Positions 11,901-28,111 of a stretch of DNA of 64,000 bases are shown piece after piece; the stretch's first letter is position 1, and each line of letters opens with the position of its first letter. The position numbers and the translations under genes were made by a program. The stretch is from Scenedesmus sp. PABB004 (lineage: Eukaryota). The stretch spans positions 124,001 through 188,000 of the forward strand of contig JABVCE010000009.1 of assembly GCA_014905635.1 (NCBI GenBank). Direction: 5' to 3'. The notes beneath the pieces are model-generated. The model worked only from the letters and a program-made list of their open reading frames with translations. It made no database searches and had not been told where the DNA came from.

Positions 11901-13506
11901 AGACCTGAGCCGCTCAAACTGCAGTGGAGCAGCAGTGCGCGGCAGTGAGTAGGCCGCCTCGGACATCCTGCGAGTGGAGTAGGCGTTAGAGGCCAATCAG
12001 CGCACGCCACACGAGCCGCAAACTGCCAGAACCTGAACCGCTCACGTGTTGCGCGCCACCGCTGCTGCCAGCCCCTCGCCAGCGGCAGAGTTTGCACTGC
12101 GGGCCGCAGCCTGCATGGCATCCGCATCTAAGGTACCGGGCGTGAACAGCGAGAGCTGAGCGGACTCCACTGACGCCCACTCGTATAACTTGTCACCGAC
12201 AGGGCGAGCCATGCACAGGGGTGGCAGCTGGAGCTCCTGGGTTGTGGAGGGAGGGGGGCGCCGACATTGGTCAGCAAGCTGCTGCCGCCGCGGCCGCTGC
12301 CGCCGCCAGCGCTGCAGCGGCCCCATGCCGCGCGCCGCTTCACTCACCACCTCGGACCAGTCGCCCGCCGGCGTGGCGCCCGCCGGCTGCTGGAACGCGG
12401 TGCGGTGCATGAGGCCGGCAACGTAGGCAAAGCTGCAGCGCTCGATAAGCGCCATGAGCACGCCGCCGCCAGCACTGTTCCACTGCTCTTGTTGGCTGTC
12501 CACGCTGCAAAAGGTGCCGAGTGGCCAGGAGTTGGCCTCCAGCTCGATCGACAGCGCCTCAGCCAGGTCGGCAGGGTCGTCGAGCATCGCAATCATGGCG
12601 GTGTAGACCTCACCGATGCGGTCGCCAATGGCCAGCCTGCGTGCAACAACAGTCAGCCGGGCGGCTGGGTCAGAGTGAGCAGCCCGGCAGGCGCCTGCGG
12701 CTGCGCGGCACTCACAGCAGGCCCAGAGCAATGACGGTGCTCTTGCTGAAGAGGTCATCTGCAGCGCCAGGCACGGGGCTGGCCGCGCGCTCGCTGGGCT
12801 GGCAGGCGCACAACAGCAGCGCCAGCGCGTGCTGCTCGCTCAGGCCCCCCCAGTTCTTGCCCAACACCGCGTCCAGTGCGAGCCCGGTGACTTGCCGGGC
12901 CCAGTTGGGCAGGCCCAGGCCAGTGCCAACGACGTCGGCGACAACGCCGGTCATGCCCTGCGAGTCTATGAACCCGCTCTTGAGGCTGGTGAGCGTGTCG
13001 GGCATGATCAGGCAAGAGATGTCGCTGCGCCCGCCTCCGCCAGGCCCCGCTTCCGCCTGCTGAACTGGCCCGCCGACCGCAGCTGTCTGAGCTGCTGCGC
13101 CATCACGCTGCGCGCTGTGGCGCAGCAGGGCGCGGTGGTAGAGGCGCTGCGTGCGGCTCCACGTCTCAAGCATGCTGCGCAGCAGCGGGTTGCGCTCCGC
13201 CTCCTCCGCCAGCGGGCCTGAGGCCATGAGCTGCTGCTGCGCTGCCTCTGCCGCCGCTGCCGCCGCTGCCGCCGCCGCCAGCGCCTCGGCCGGCGTCCCC
13301 ACGAGCCCCTGCAGCACCTCGGAGGTGAAATCAAACTCCAGCTCCAGCTGAGGCTGCCCCGATGCGTCTCCGGAGCTGGCCAGCGGCGGCGACGGCACGC
13401 GGCGCGGCGGCGCGACGGGCGCTCGCCTGCGCGCGCCGCGGTGCCGCTGCTGCGCCGCCGCCGCGACGCAGCCCGGGCGCGCCAGGTGCTGGGCCCGCAG
13501 CAGCAT
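5950..13506 (-). CDS. Very large (~2,200 aa) Ala/Leu-rich, probably plastid-targeted helical-repeat protein of unknown function; multi-exon
   Basis: Transit-peptide-like start MLLRAQHLARPG... at 13506. Successive long minus ORFs (12712-13671, 12042-12758, 11295-11996, 9761-11689, 7311-10061, 5458-7419, 6090-6428) are linked by plausible GT-AG introns (e.g. ~12714-12637, ~12045-11968, ~11837-11743, ~7406-7316). The 3' end is approximate. Confidence 0.6.
7042..7112 (-). repeat. 15-bp coding tandem repeat (GAPAT x4-5)
   Basis: Repeated gcgccggtcgcgggc units in frame within the large minus-strand gene. Confidence 0.9.
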
Positions 13507-13813
13507 GGCGGCGGGCCCCGGCCTGGGCGGACGCGCTGGCGGCCCGCCACGCTCCGCGAGCGGGCGAGCGGCGGCGGGCGATCGCTGCGAACGCGGGCGC
13601 TGCTCTCCCCTTTCGCGGCAGAGGCAGCCCGCCAGCTTTGGTCGGGCGAGAGGGGGTGTGACGGGAAGCAAGAAGCACGCGGCAGGGGAGGTGGATCAGC
13701 AGCGGCGGCGTGATTTTACGGGTGACGCGCGCAGGAGTGAGTAACCGTGCAGGCTTTGCGAGCCCGTAGCAGCCCCGAGCGACCTGCCCCGCACCAGGAG
13801 CAACTAACCATCA

Positions 13814-15744
13814 TCAAACCGCCGCCCGCGCCGCGGCCGCCGCCGCCTGCTCGCGCGCGACCGCCGCCGCGGCCGCGACGGCGCGCGGGCGGCTGAACGC
13901 GCGGCAGAGCGCCGCCAGGCCGATGTAGCCGCCGCCGCCGCCGCCGCCCTCGGCCGCGCGCTGCAGCTCGTTGGCGCCCAGCACAAAGTGCTGCGCGGGG
14001 TCGCCGGCGGGCGTGCGCGGGGCCGCCGCGCAGGGGCTCCAGAGCTTCACCGTGCTGTCGATGCCGCACGAGGCGACGAGCGGCAGGCTCGGGTGGGACT
14101 CCGCGCAGTTGACGACGTAGCGGTCGGCGCGCAGGCAGCTCACCAGCGCGCCTGCGCGCCGCAGAGGGCACGGCGCGGAAAGGGGCACGGCGCGGTCGGC
14201 GCGCGCATCCATGCTCGCGACGGGGCGCTGCCCGGCGCAGCAGGCCAGTGCCCGGCGCAGCCCAGGCGGCGCAGCGCACCCGTGTCGCGGCGCCAGATGA
14301 ACAGCCGGCCGTCGTCGCTGCCGGCGGCGACCCAGGCCTGGCGCGGGCCGACGAAGGCCACGTCCTTCACTGTCTTGACGCTGATGTGGCCCCGATACCT
14401 GCGGCGCACGGCAGCAGGCGTCGAACGCGCGCCACTGGCTTGCGCGTGACGCGCCACGGCCGCCGCTGAGCGCGCGCGGGCCCCGCGGCCGCGCGCCCGC
14501 TCGCGCGCACCGGCACGCCCAGCGGTGCTGCCGGCCGCTGCTCACGCCCCACGCCGCGCCGCCGGCGGCGTCGTCGCCGCCGGCGCCGGCGTTGCCGCCG
14601 ACGTCCGCGCCCACGCCCGCGGCGCCGACGCGTGGGCCGCTGCCGGCGGCGCCGGGCGCGCCAAACTCGCCCGCGGCCAGCAGGCGCCCCAGCTCAACGA
14701 TGACCGGATCGTCCTGCGGGTGCGCCCCAGCGCGCAGCGTGAGCTGGCAGGCCCCCCTGTGGGCGCTCCCGCCCCGGCCGCGCCGCCGGCGCACCGGGGT
14801 GAGCAGGTCAGACGCCGCCAGCAGCTCGTGCCCCTGGGTGTCGCCGCTGTCCTCGCTGCCGTCGTCGCTGCCGCTGCTGTCGCCGCTGCCCTCGTCGCCG
14901 CTGCCGCCACCGCCGGCTGGTCGCGGCGCTGCTCCCTGCTGCGCCTGCGGCTGCGGCTCCTGCTGCTCCGCTGCCTGCTCCTGCTGCTGCTGCTCTGCTG
15001 CCTGCTGGTGCTCCACCCCCTGCTGCTGCTGCTGCTCCGCCCCCTGCAACTGCTCCGCTGCATGCTGCCCCGCTCCCTGCTGCTGCTGCTCCGCGTCGCG
15101 CTGCGCCGCTCGCTCCTCTCGGATCTCCCGCCGGACCTGCAGCATCACGAGCTGCCGCCGGAGCGGCGCCAGCAGCTCGGCAAAGCGCTCGCGGTCCGCG
15201 TCGCACGGGCCGCCGCGCGCGCGCTCGCCGTCGTCGGCGCCGCCGCCGGCGCCGGCGCCACCGCCGTCCGGCGGGTCACCGCCCCAGTCCAGCACCTCGT
15301 GGCGGCGGTCCAGGCCAAAGAAGGCGTCCTCGTCGTCGCCGTCGCTCGACCACGAGTCCGCGCCGCCCTCGCTGCTGCCGCCGCTCGACCACGACTCGCC
15401 GCGGCTCCCGCTGCCGCCGCCGAGCTGCGCGCTGCCGCCGCGCGCGCTGCTGCCGCTGCCTCTGCCGCTGTCGCCTGACATGTCAAGGCTGTCCAGCACC
15501 TCCGAGCCGCTGCTGCCGCTCAGTGACATGCTGCTGCCGCCCTCGTCGCTGCTGCTCTCGCCGCTGCCGCCGCTGCTGCTGCTGCCGCTCGCCGCCTCGC
15601 CGCTGCTGTCGCTGCCGGCGCCCGCCGGCGACCAGGGCTCCGAGTCGCCGCTCGCTGCAGCTGCAGCCGCGGCGAACGCGCCGTCCTCGTCGTCTGGCGC
15701 CACCGGCTGCTGCGCACTGGCTGGTGGGCCGCCGCCGCCTGGAG

Positions 15745-15776
<32 letters not shown>

Positions 15777-18077
15777 GCGGCGGCGGCGGCAGCCGCGCCC
15801 GCATCGCCGCCCGGTGACGCAGGCGCGGCAGCGCCAGGCAAGATGCCGCGCGCGGCGAGGCGCTCCTGCAGCAGTGCCGGCAGCGGCGCCGCGGGCGCGC
15901 CTGGGCCGCTCGGCCGGCCCCCCTGGACGCCGCCCTCGTCGGGCGCCACCGCGGAGGCGACCGCCTCGGCTGCCGCGGCCGCCTCGGCCGCCCGGGTGAG
16001 CCGCAGCACAAACTGCTGCAGGTCGTAGCTCCACGAGACCTCGAGCGCGGCGCGCCCCTGCGCGAGCGCCTCTGCCGGCCGGCCCTGCGCCTCGAGGCAG
16101 AGCGCCAGCTGGAAGTGGGCGGCGCCGTAGGTTGGGTGGAGGCCGAGCGCGGCAGAGGCAAAGCTGCGCAGCACCGCGCGAGAGGGTGGTGCCGGGCGGG
16201 CGGCGCAGGGCGGGGCGGCGGGTGAGGTGGGCCACGGCGCGCGCGTGCCCAGCGCGGCGCGCCGAGCCCGCGAGCGGCCCGCGCGCGCCGGCGCCGCTGC
16301 GGGCAGGCGCGCACCGCGCCGAGGCGGCCACCTCGCCGCGCTCGAAGAGGTCGCAGGCGCGGTTGAGCACGGCGCTGGCGAGGCCGCGGCGCCGCGGGTA
16401 CGACAGCTCGCCGCGCTGCCGGCGGCGGTGGCGGCAGGCAGGCAGGCGGCAGCAGATGGCGCAGGGCGGGCATGGGGCGGCGGCCCGGCGCGGCCGGGGC
16501 TGCGCAGGGGGGCGCTGCCCGGTCGGGTGCGGCCGGCGCTGCGCGCGGCACAGCGCACACAGCGCGCGCGGTGCGCACCTCGAGCATCTCCACCGCGACG
16601 TCCACGCTTATCACGCGCCGCTGCTCCCCGCCGGCGCCCGCAGCTGCGCCCGCTGCACCAGCAGCCGCGCCCGCGCGCTCGCGGCCGCGCCCGCGTCCGC
16701 GTCGGCCGCGTCGCCGGCGGAGGCCGCCGCCTCGGCCGCGCCGCGCGCGCGCTTGGCGCGCCGAGCGTCGCCGCCCGCCGCCGCGGGCGCCGGCGCTGTG
16801 CCGCTCGCGGGTGGGGCGTCGAGGTCCCACAGGTATACGTGGTCCGCTGCGGCGGCGCGGCGGCGGCGGCTGCTCGGGCGCCCGCCGCCGGTGCCGCCGG
16901 CGCCAGCGCTGCCTGCGGCCGCGCGCGCACGCGAGGCGTCTGCGCGCTGCCGCGGCCCCCGCGGGGCGCCCGTCGCTCACCCAGGTGGTTGCTGAGCACC
17001 TGCGTGCCGCAGTCTGAGAAGGCCACGCCGGTGATGCACGCGCTGAACATATCCTCCGCGCAGCACAGCCCCGGGCTGAAGTGCGCGACGCACTGCGCGG
17101 CGGGCGGCGCGGCGCTGAGCCTGAGCCGGCGGCGGCGGCGCACCACGGCGCGGCGCGAGAGCCGCGGCAGCGCGCCCGCTCACCTGCGGCCCGCGGCGCC
17201 GCGCGGGCGCCCGGCTGCTGGCGGTGCCGCCGCCGGGCGGCATGCGGCGGTCATACACACGCAGCGCGTCGTCGCTGGCGCCCACCGCCAGCAGCCAGGG
17301 CTTGTGCCTGCGCGCGCGTGCGCAGGGCGTGCGTTCACGCAAGGCGTGCGCTCGCGCGGCCACGCCCCGCGCCGCCGCACGCCGGCGTGCGTCCCGGCGC
17401 CCGCGGCAGCGCGGCGCACCAGGGCGACGAGATGGAGTTGATTTCCAGGCTCACGCCGCCGCGGGCGAGCTGCAGCAGCTGCGTCGCGCCGTCAGCGCGG
17501 GCACGCAGGTCGACCTGCCACACCGAGCCGTCCTCGCTGCAGCTCGTCAGCGCGTGGGGGTTGCCCGGCTCGGTGGTCAGCTTCTTGACGCGGCTGCTGT
17601 GGTGGCTGAACACCGTGCGCGCGCCGGTCGCAACGTCGTGCAGCCGCACCTCGCCGTCGCCCGCGCAGCTCGCCAGCTGGGCGCCGCCGGTCGCTGCGCG
17701 CGCGGCGGCGGCGGTTGGCGGCGGTCGCTGCCTGCAGGCCGCGCTCCCTCCCCGCCTTGGCGGCAGCACCGCCGCGTGGACGCACCTGGGATCCAGCGGA
17801 CGCAGAAGATGTTGGCGGTGTGGCCGGTCGGCAGGGTGGCGCGGGGCGTGGCGGCGCCGCTGTCGACCCCCGCGTCCCACAGGCAGATGCGCGTGTCGTC
17901 GCTGCCGCTCGCCAGCAGCGTGCCTTCTTCGTTCCAGGCAAGATGGTTCACGCAGCCGCGGTGCCCGACGAGCAGGCGCTCCAGGGCCAGGCGCGGCCAG
18001 AGCGCCGCCGCCGCGCCGCTGCGCCACGCGCCGCTGCCGCCGCCGCCCTGCTCGGCGGCCAGCAGAAGGCGGTCCAT
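13814..18077 (-). CDS. WD40-repeat protein with TPR and acidic insert, WDTC1/DCAF6/DCAF8-like (CUL4-DDB1 substrate receptor family); multi-exon
   Basis: LVGHRGCVNHLAWNEEGTLLASGSDDTRICLW, GHTANIFCVRW, HSSRVKKL, LAVGASDDALRVYDRR, TPR-like AAHFQLALCLEAQGRPAEALAQ, then YRGHISVKTVKDVAF, GSDDGRLFIW and VVNCAESHPSLPLVASCGIDSTVKLWSP. Confidence 0.85.
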
Positions 18078-18441
18078 GGCTACCCGCTACCCGCTACCGT
18101 GCTGGTGCCACGGGCGCGGCGCGGGGTCGGCGGGGCGCCGCATGGGCGCAGAGCGGCCGACCGTTGCCGCCGGGCGCTGCTGCTGCTGCTGCCGCCGCGC
18201 GGGCGCGCCCGGAGACAAGGCGTGCGGGCGCGGCGGGTGGCGCGGCCGCTGGCGCTGGGAGTGTGGCGCCGCGGGGCGAGCGGCTGTGGCTGTCGCGGCG
18301 GCGCCGAAAGCCCCGCGCTGCGCCGCTGCGTCGCTGACGCGAGGCCTCGGCACAGCGGGGCGGCCAGGGAATTCAAGTATCGCATCCCCCCAAACGAAAT
18401 GCAGTCCTGCCCAGGGCCACGCCCCCTGCCGCGCCGCCCGC

Positions 18442-19848
18442 TCAGAGCTCGGCGAGCGTCTTGCCCGCGACGAACTCGAGCACGCGCGGCACGGTCGCCT
18501 GCAGCGCCGCGGCGGCGGCGTTGAGGTTTTCCAGGAACTCCTCCTGCGTCGCGCGGTCGCCGTCCACGATGTCCGTCACGGCCTGGCGGCGCCGCGCCGC
18601 GCCGGCGGCAGGCGGCCGTGCGCGCCGTGAGGCGAGGCGGCGCGCGCTCGTCGCGCGTCGCGCGGCGGCCCGAGCCCTCGCGCGCGGGAGGGCGCGGCGG
18701 GCGGGCCAGGGGAGAGCGGGGCGCTGCTGCTGCCGGCGCCGCCGCGCCTTGACGCAGAACATGGGCTTCCGGAAGAGCTGCGCGACCCACGCGATCGCGG
18801 CGGCCTCCATCTCTTTGACCGCCGCGCCGTGCTTCTCCATAATCTCCATGTCCTGCAAGCAGCGCGCGCGGCGCAGCAGCAGCAGCAGCAGCAGCAGGGG
18901 CGGCGCGACGTTTCAACCCCCGCGCGCCAGCTGTCGGCCCCCCGGCGCGCCCGCCGCCCGCCAGACGTCGCCCCGGCGGCGGCGGCGCCGCGCGGCCGCC
19001 CGCCTGCGTGGTGTAGTCGAGGGAGTTGCCGGACGTCACGATGCCGGCCTTGAGCCCCAGCGCGCCGCGCAGGCGCGGCGTGGGCGTGGAGTCAACGTAG
19101 CCCAGGCCCTGCTTGTCAAAGCCCGGCAGCGGGATGCGGCGGTCGTGGTGCATCTTGCCGGTCGAGACAAACACGTCCCCGATCGCCGCGCCCTGCGCCC
19201 GCCGCGCGGCGGCGCGCCGTCGTCGGCGGCGGGGGCGGCGCGCGGGCGTCGGTCGGCGGCGCGCCTGCCGCGCCGCCGGCGGGCCCCGTGCCACGCCGTG
19301 CAGCGCGGCGCACCCGCGCCCGGAAGCCGCCCGCGGTGCCGGCGCTGATGATGAGGTCAGGGTTTAGCGCCTGGACCGCGAGGTAGGTCGCGAGGCTGGC
19401 GGGCACCGTGCCGATGAGGTCCACGCCGTGCTCGTCGTCGTGCCCCGCCCACACCACGCTCACGGCGAGGCCCGCAAAGGTGCCCGAGTAGGTCACGCAC
19501 GGCGCGGGCGCGGGGACCCTGCGCGGCGGCGGGCGGGGCGGGGCGTGCGGGCGGCCGGTCCTGCAAGAGCAGCCGCCGCCGCCGCACCCCTGCGCGCGTC
19601 CCCGCCGGCGCGCGGCGCGCACTTTGGGGGGTCGTCCCTCTTGAGGCCGAGCACCGCCACGATCGGCGCCGCCTCGGCCTGCATCGCTGCGCGGCGCGCG
19701 GCGGCGGCGGCATGCGGACGTCACGGCCGGTCTGCCCGGCCTGCGCAGCGGCCCTGCAGCCGCTGCGGCGCGCCGCGCCGCCCGGGCGCGCACCGATGAC
19801 CAGGATCACGCTCCCGATCGGCGCGCCGGGCTGGCCGTCCGCGTGCAT
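18442..19848 (-). CDS. MTN: 5'-methylthioadenosine/S-adenosylhomocysteine nucleosidase; multi-exon
   Basis: ILVI|AMQAEAAP, GVDLIGTVPASL, PDLIISAGTAGGF, HHDRRIPLPGF, SGNSLD, VKEMEAAAIAWVA and KAVTDIVDG match plant-type MTN motifs. Confidence 0.92.
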
Positions 19849-20436
19849 CGTGGCCGCCGCCCTTGCGCTGCTGCTGCTCTCCGACGCCTGCTCCCGCTGC
19901 GCGCCGCGCCCCCGACGGCCTGCGGTCGCCGGCGGCGGCGGTCGCCGACGGTCGTCATTGACAGGCGGAGCCGGGGGCGGGGAAGGGGGCGGCGGCCCCG
20001 CGGGCGCGCTGCGCGGGGCGCGCCGGCTGCCGCGGAAGCTGCAGCAGCGCGCGGCTGGCCCCCGGCGCCGCCGCTGGCCACCACGCCCGCAGCGGCTTAG
20101 CGACCACCCCGGACCCGGCGTAAGCGGCGAAGGCGGGCTGGCACGGTCACCTGGCGTGCGCGGCGGCGCGGCGGGCGGGCGGCGGGCGGCGGGCGGCGGG
20201 TGCGCGTGGCCGTTCTGCTCGACCGGGCCGCGCATGATGAGCTGCTCACGCGCGGCGGTTCGCGGTCTCTCACTTCGCGGGCGTCGCTCCAGCTGCTGCT
20301 GCCCGGGACGTTCTGCGTCGTGCGCGCGCGCCCCGCCGCCCCGCCACTCCTCGCCGCTGCACGCGCGTGAGCCGCGCACCCAGCCACGCGCACAGACGCC
20401 GTCCACGTCGCCAGCCCGCGCGGGCGCCCGCCAAAC

Positions 20437-23947
<3,511 letters not shown>

Positions 23948-24780
23948 GCAGCAGCAGCACCGGCCATCAGAGCCGGCCATCAGAGCACTTGCAACCAGGT
24001 GCTGATGAGCCGCACCGGCCATCAGCACTTGGCCCAGCCCGGCGCAGACTCTGGAGGCGCCCGGGCTGCTGCCGCCGCGGCAGCAACGCCCCCAGGCGCC
24101 GCGAGGCTCTCGCAGCGGCGTCGGGCTGCGACGCGCCGCGCCGCGCGGCCCGCGCGGCGCGGGCGGGGGAGGGCGAGGGAGGGCGGGCGAGAGGGTGTGC
24201 GCGCGCCGCGGCGCGCGGGGCGGGAGAGCGGCGCGCACGCCGCGGCCCTGCGGCCGCGCGCACCGCGCGTGCGTGTGTTGTTTGTGAACGGCTAGGCAGC
24301 GGGCGCACCATCCCTGCATTGCAAAGTAGAGTCTGTACCATGTATGACGCGTCGATGTGCGACGCGTGTCGAGCGGCGGCGCCCTTGCCGCGCGGGGCGC
24401 GCGCGCGGCGGGCGGGCGGGCGGGCTGGCGGGCTGGGACAGGCCCCTTGGACCCCCTTCTTCTGCGATTGCACAGGCGCGCGCGCGCGCGGGCGGGCGGC
24501 CGGCCGGCCCCCGACTTTGACGGCAGCGGTCCCTCCTTTGACTACGGCTAGGCGGGCGCGCGATGCATTGTGGCGCGCCGCGGTGACTCTCGGTCGCTGC
24601 GGTCATGCGTCACCTCCCCACCGCGCAGCGCGATCACGTCACACACCGCCCGTCCGCGCGGCGCCGCGGGCGCCTCCGCCCAGCCGCGCGTCCGCTCGCC
24701 TCGGCGCCCCGCTCAGGCACGGGGCGCACGTGCATGCCGCCGACTGCCTGCCTCGCGCAGCAGCTCCTCCATCCAGGCGC

Positions 24781-24900
24781 GCGTGCCTCCGCCCGCCCTC
24801 AGGCGTGCCTCCCGCCCGCCCTCAGGCGTGCCTCCCGCCCGCCCTCAGGCATGCCTCCGTCCGCACTCGGGCGTGTGCCTCCCGCCCGCCCTCAGGCGTG
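24781..24900. repeat. ~23-bp tandem repeat (about 5 copies) spanning the EPSPS stop codon and 3' UTR
   Basis: Unit cctcccgcccgccctcaggcgtg repeated, with one degenerate copy. Confidence 0.85.
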
Positions 24901-27512
24901 CGTGACGACGCTCTCAAAGACGCTGAAGTAGGTGGGGAAGGTCTTGCGCGTGCAGCCGGGGTCGTTGATCGCCACCGGCACGCCGCCGCACGCGGCGAGG
25001 CTGAACGCCATCGCCATGCGGTGGTCGTCGTACGTGTCGACCGCCACGCCGGGCGCGACGCCGGCGGCGGGGGGCGTGATGGTGCAGAAGTCGCGCCCCT
25101 CCACGACGGTCGCGCCGAGCTTGGTGAGCTCCGTCACGATCGCGACCATGCGCTCCGTCTCCTTGACGCGCCAGTTGTAGACGTTGCGGATCGACGTCGT
25201 GCCCTGTGTGTGTTGGGGGCGCGGCCGTGGGTTGGTGTGGTGTGGGAGCAGGCGGGCACGGGCGTGGGGTGGGCGGCAGGGAGGGAGGGAGGGGTGCGTG
25301 AGGTGTGCGGGCGCGGCGGCGGCGGCGCGCAACGCGCCTGCGCGAAGAGCGCGGCGACCGCGAGCGTCATCGCGGCGTCGGGGATGTCGTTGCAGTCGTG
25401 GTCGACCGCGCGCAGCGGCTCGCCAAACGCGGCGGGGCCGGTGATGGTGATGGAGTAGGGCGACCACTCGACGCGCGCGCCCATGAGGGCCATCACGTCG
25501 GCAAAGCGCTTGTCGCCCTGCGGGGGCGCACGCGCGGCGTTTAAATTTTGAATTTGAACCGACGAGTCAAAAGTCAGGTTCGAAAGACGGTTCAAAAGCT
25601 GGGCGAGTTGCGAGAGAGAGAGAGAGAGAGTTGCGAGGGGCGCCGGGGCTGCTGAGCGCGGCGGCGCGCGCGCGGCGGCGCGCCTGCAGGCTGTCGCTGC
25701 CGCAGCCCTCGACCGTGATGGTGCCGCCCGTGATGGTCGCGCCGGCGAGGAAGTAGCTGGCGCTGCTCGCGTCGCCCTCGACGTACGCCTCGCCCGGCGA
25801 CTTGTAGCTGCGCGCGCGGCAGGCAACGCAGCGCGGCAGGCAGCGCGGCGGCGGCGCATGGGCGGCGCGCACGGCGCCGGCGCTCGCGCGGCGCGCGCTC
25901 GCCGCCGGCGCTCCGCTCGCCCCGCCAGCGCGCGCGCACGTCTGGCCTGGCGGTATCCGCATGTGAGTGAGGCCGTCGAGCTGGTTGACGGTCACGCCAA
26001 AGCGCTCCATGAGCTTCACGGTCATGTCAACATAGGGCTGGGAGACCAGCTCGTCCTTGATGATGATCTCAATGCCATCAGTCCCCGTCGCCAGCGGCGC
26101 GGCCATGAGCAGCGCGGTCAGGTACTGGCTGCTCACGCTGCCGCTCAGCTGGACCTGCGCGCATGGAGGCGCAAGCGGCGCGGGCGGCGCGGGGGGCGGC
26201 GTCGGGCGCGCGCGCGCGCGGCCCTGGGCGCCCGGCGCACAGCGCGCGGCGCGCGGCGCACGTGCGCGCGGGCGGCGCGGCGGCGCACCTTGCCGGACGG
26301 CAGGCCCGCCGCGCGGATCTCGACCGGCGGGCAGCCCGTGCCCATCGTGCACGTCGCGTCGACGCCCAGCTGCACCAGCCCGTCCACCAGGTCCTGCGCG
26401 CGGGGCGGGGCGGGGCGGACTCGCGCCGCCGCGCGCCGCCGCGCGCCACGCGCCACGCCGCTGCCTGCGCCGCGCCGCCGCCCGCCGCGCCGCGCAGGCG
26501 CCGCGCGCGCCCGGCGCACCTGGATTGGCCGCTCGCGCATGCGCGCCACGCCGTCCAGCACAAACCGGCCGCGCCCCGCGGCCGCCACGGCGGCGGTGAG
26601 CGGGCGCATCGCCGTGCCCGCGTTGCCCAGGAACAGCTCCGCGCCCTGCGCGCGCCGCGCCGCGCCGGCGTCGGCGTCAGCGCAGCGTCGCCGCAGCAGC
26701 CGCTGCCGCCGCCGCCGCCGCGCCGCACCTCGACCGGGAATCGCCCGCCGCAGCCGTGCACGACCATCACGCCCTCCTCCCACTTCTCCTCCAGCTGCAC
26801 GCCCAGCGCCTTGAGCGCGCCGGCCATGTAGCGGATGTCGTCGCTGTCCTGCGAGGGGCGCGCCGCCGTGCACGGCGCGTGTCGGCGGCCCGCGCCGGGG
26901 CTGGCTGGCCGCGGGCCCACCCGCCGCCGCCGCCGCGGGCCAGGCGGCGCCGCGGGCCAGGCGGCGCCGCGGGCCAGGCGGCGCCGCGGGACGGCCCTGC
27001 GCGGGCGGGCGCACCAGGAGGTTGCGCACGACGGTCGTGCCCTCCGCGAGCGCCGCGAGCAGCAGGATGCGGTTGGAGAGGGACTTGGACCCCGGCAGCT
27101 TCACGGTGCCGCTGATGGTCTTGATGGGCTGCACCGTCAGCTGCTCCACTGCGCGGCCGGCGGCGGCGCTCGGCGCTCGGCGGCGTGCACATGCACGAGT
27201 GCCGCTGCTGCCGCGTGCCGCTGCTGCCGCTGCGGGCGGCGCAATCGCCCGCTGCGGCGCGCCCGCGCGCTCACCCTTCTCGGCGGCTGCGGCTGCAGCC
27301 ACCACGCGGCGCGCCGCCCCGGGCGCCCGCCGCGCGCCGGCGACGGCTGCTGCCGCCGCGCCGTGCCCGCGCGCCGCGCCCGCCGCGCAGGGCGCCCGCT
27401 GCGGCGCCCCGCGCGCGACTGCGGGCGAGATGGGAGCCAGGGCGCCGCGCGCCGGGGGCCGCGCGGCCCCCGGCGCGCGCGCCTGCTGTCGGGTGAGCGC
27501 GGCGCTGCGCAT
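24892..27512 (-). CDS. EPSPS: Plastid 5-enolpyruvylshikimate-3-phosphate synthase (class I); multi-exon
   Basis: Transit peptide, then [27 protein letters not shown] (wild-type residues in the glyphosate-binding motif), [45 protein letters not shown] and KTFPTYF. Confidence 0.97.
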
Positions 27513-28111
27513 TCTGGCGCGCCGCCGATGCTGGGGCTGCGGGCCGTGTCCGAACGGTGCGTGTGAGCACAGCGAGCGGGCGCGCAGGCGGCTGAGTGCG
27601 CAGTCCGCCGGTGATGTTTTTTCGTCTGTCATGTGGCGGCGTCGATTGGCGCCACCAGCGCGCGCCGCGTGGGCGCCGCAGTGCCAGTGATCCGCCTCCA
27701 CCGCGCGCCCGCCTGCGCCCTCGCACGCCCGGCGCTGGGCCTGCTCCTGCTGCGATTGCCGCCCTCCCCGCGCGCCCGCTGCTCCACGCCGCCCACGAGC
27801 GGGCGCGGTGTGCTCCTGAAGATCATTTCTCACTCTCCAGCTGACTCTCAGGTGCGTGCGCGCTCGCTGGCCGCAGCTGGGCGCGCGGCATCAGCAACGC
27901 TCCCGCGCGCTGGCGGCGGCCCTGCAGCCCCCGGCCGCCCGCCCAGGCGCTGCGCGGCAGCAGCGCGCCCCGCACGACCGCGCAACGCCCGCGCACCGCG
28001 CCCAACCGCCCCGCGGCGGCGCGAGCAACCGCGCTGCCCGCCGCTGCCCGCCGCCCGCCGCCCGCTGCCGCGCAGCCGGCTCCCCCCTCGGGCCGCCGGG
28101 AGCAGTAGGAC

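Noticed and set aside
9761..12758. Apparent multiple frameshifts (pseudogene) in the large minus-strand gene
   Set aside because: Most frame changes coincide with plausible GT-AG introns, although the junctions around 10100-10900 were not fully resolved.
26925..26990. 17-bp tandem repeat in an EPSPS intron
   Set aside because: Low-complexity GC minisatellite, ordinary for these introns.
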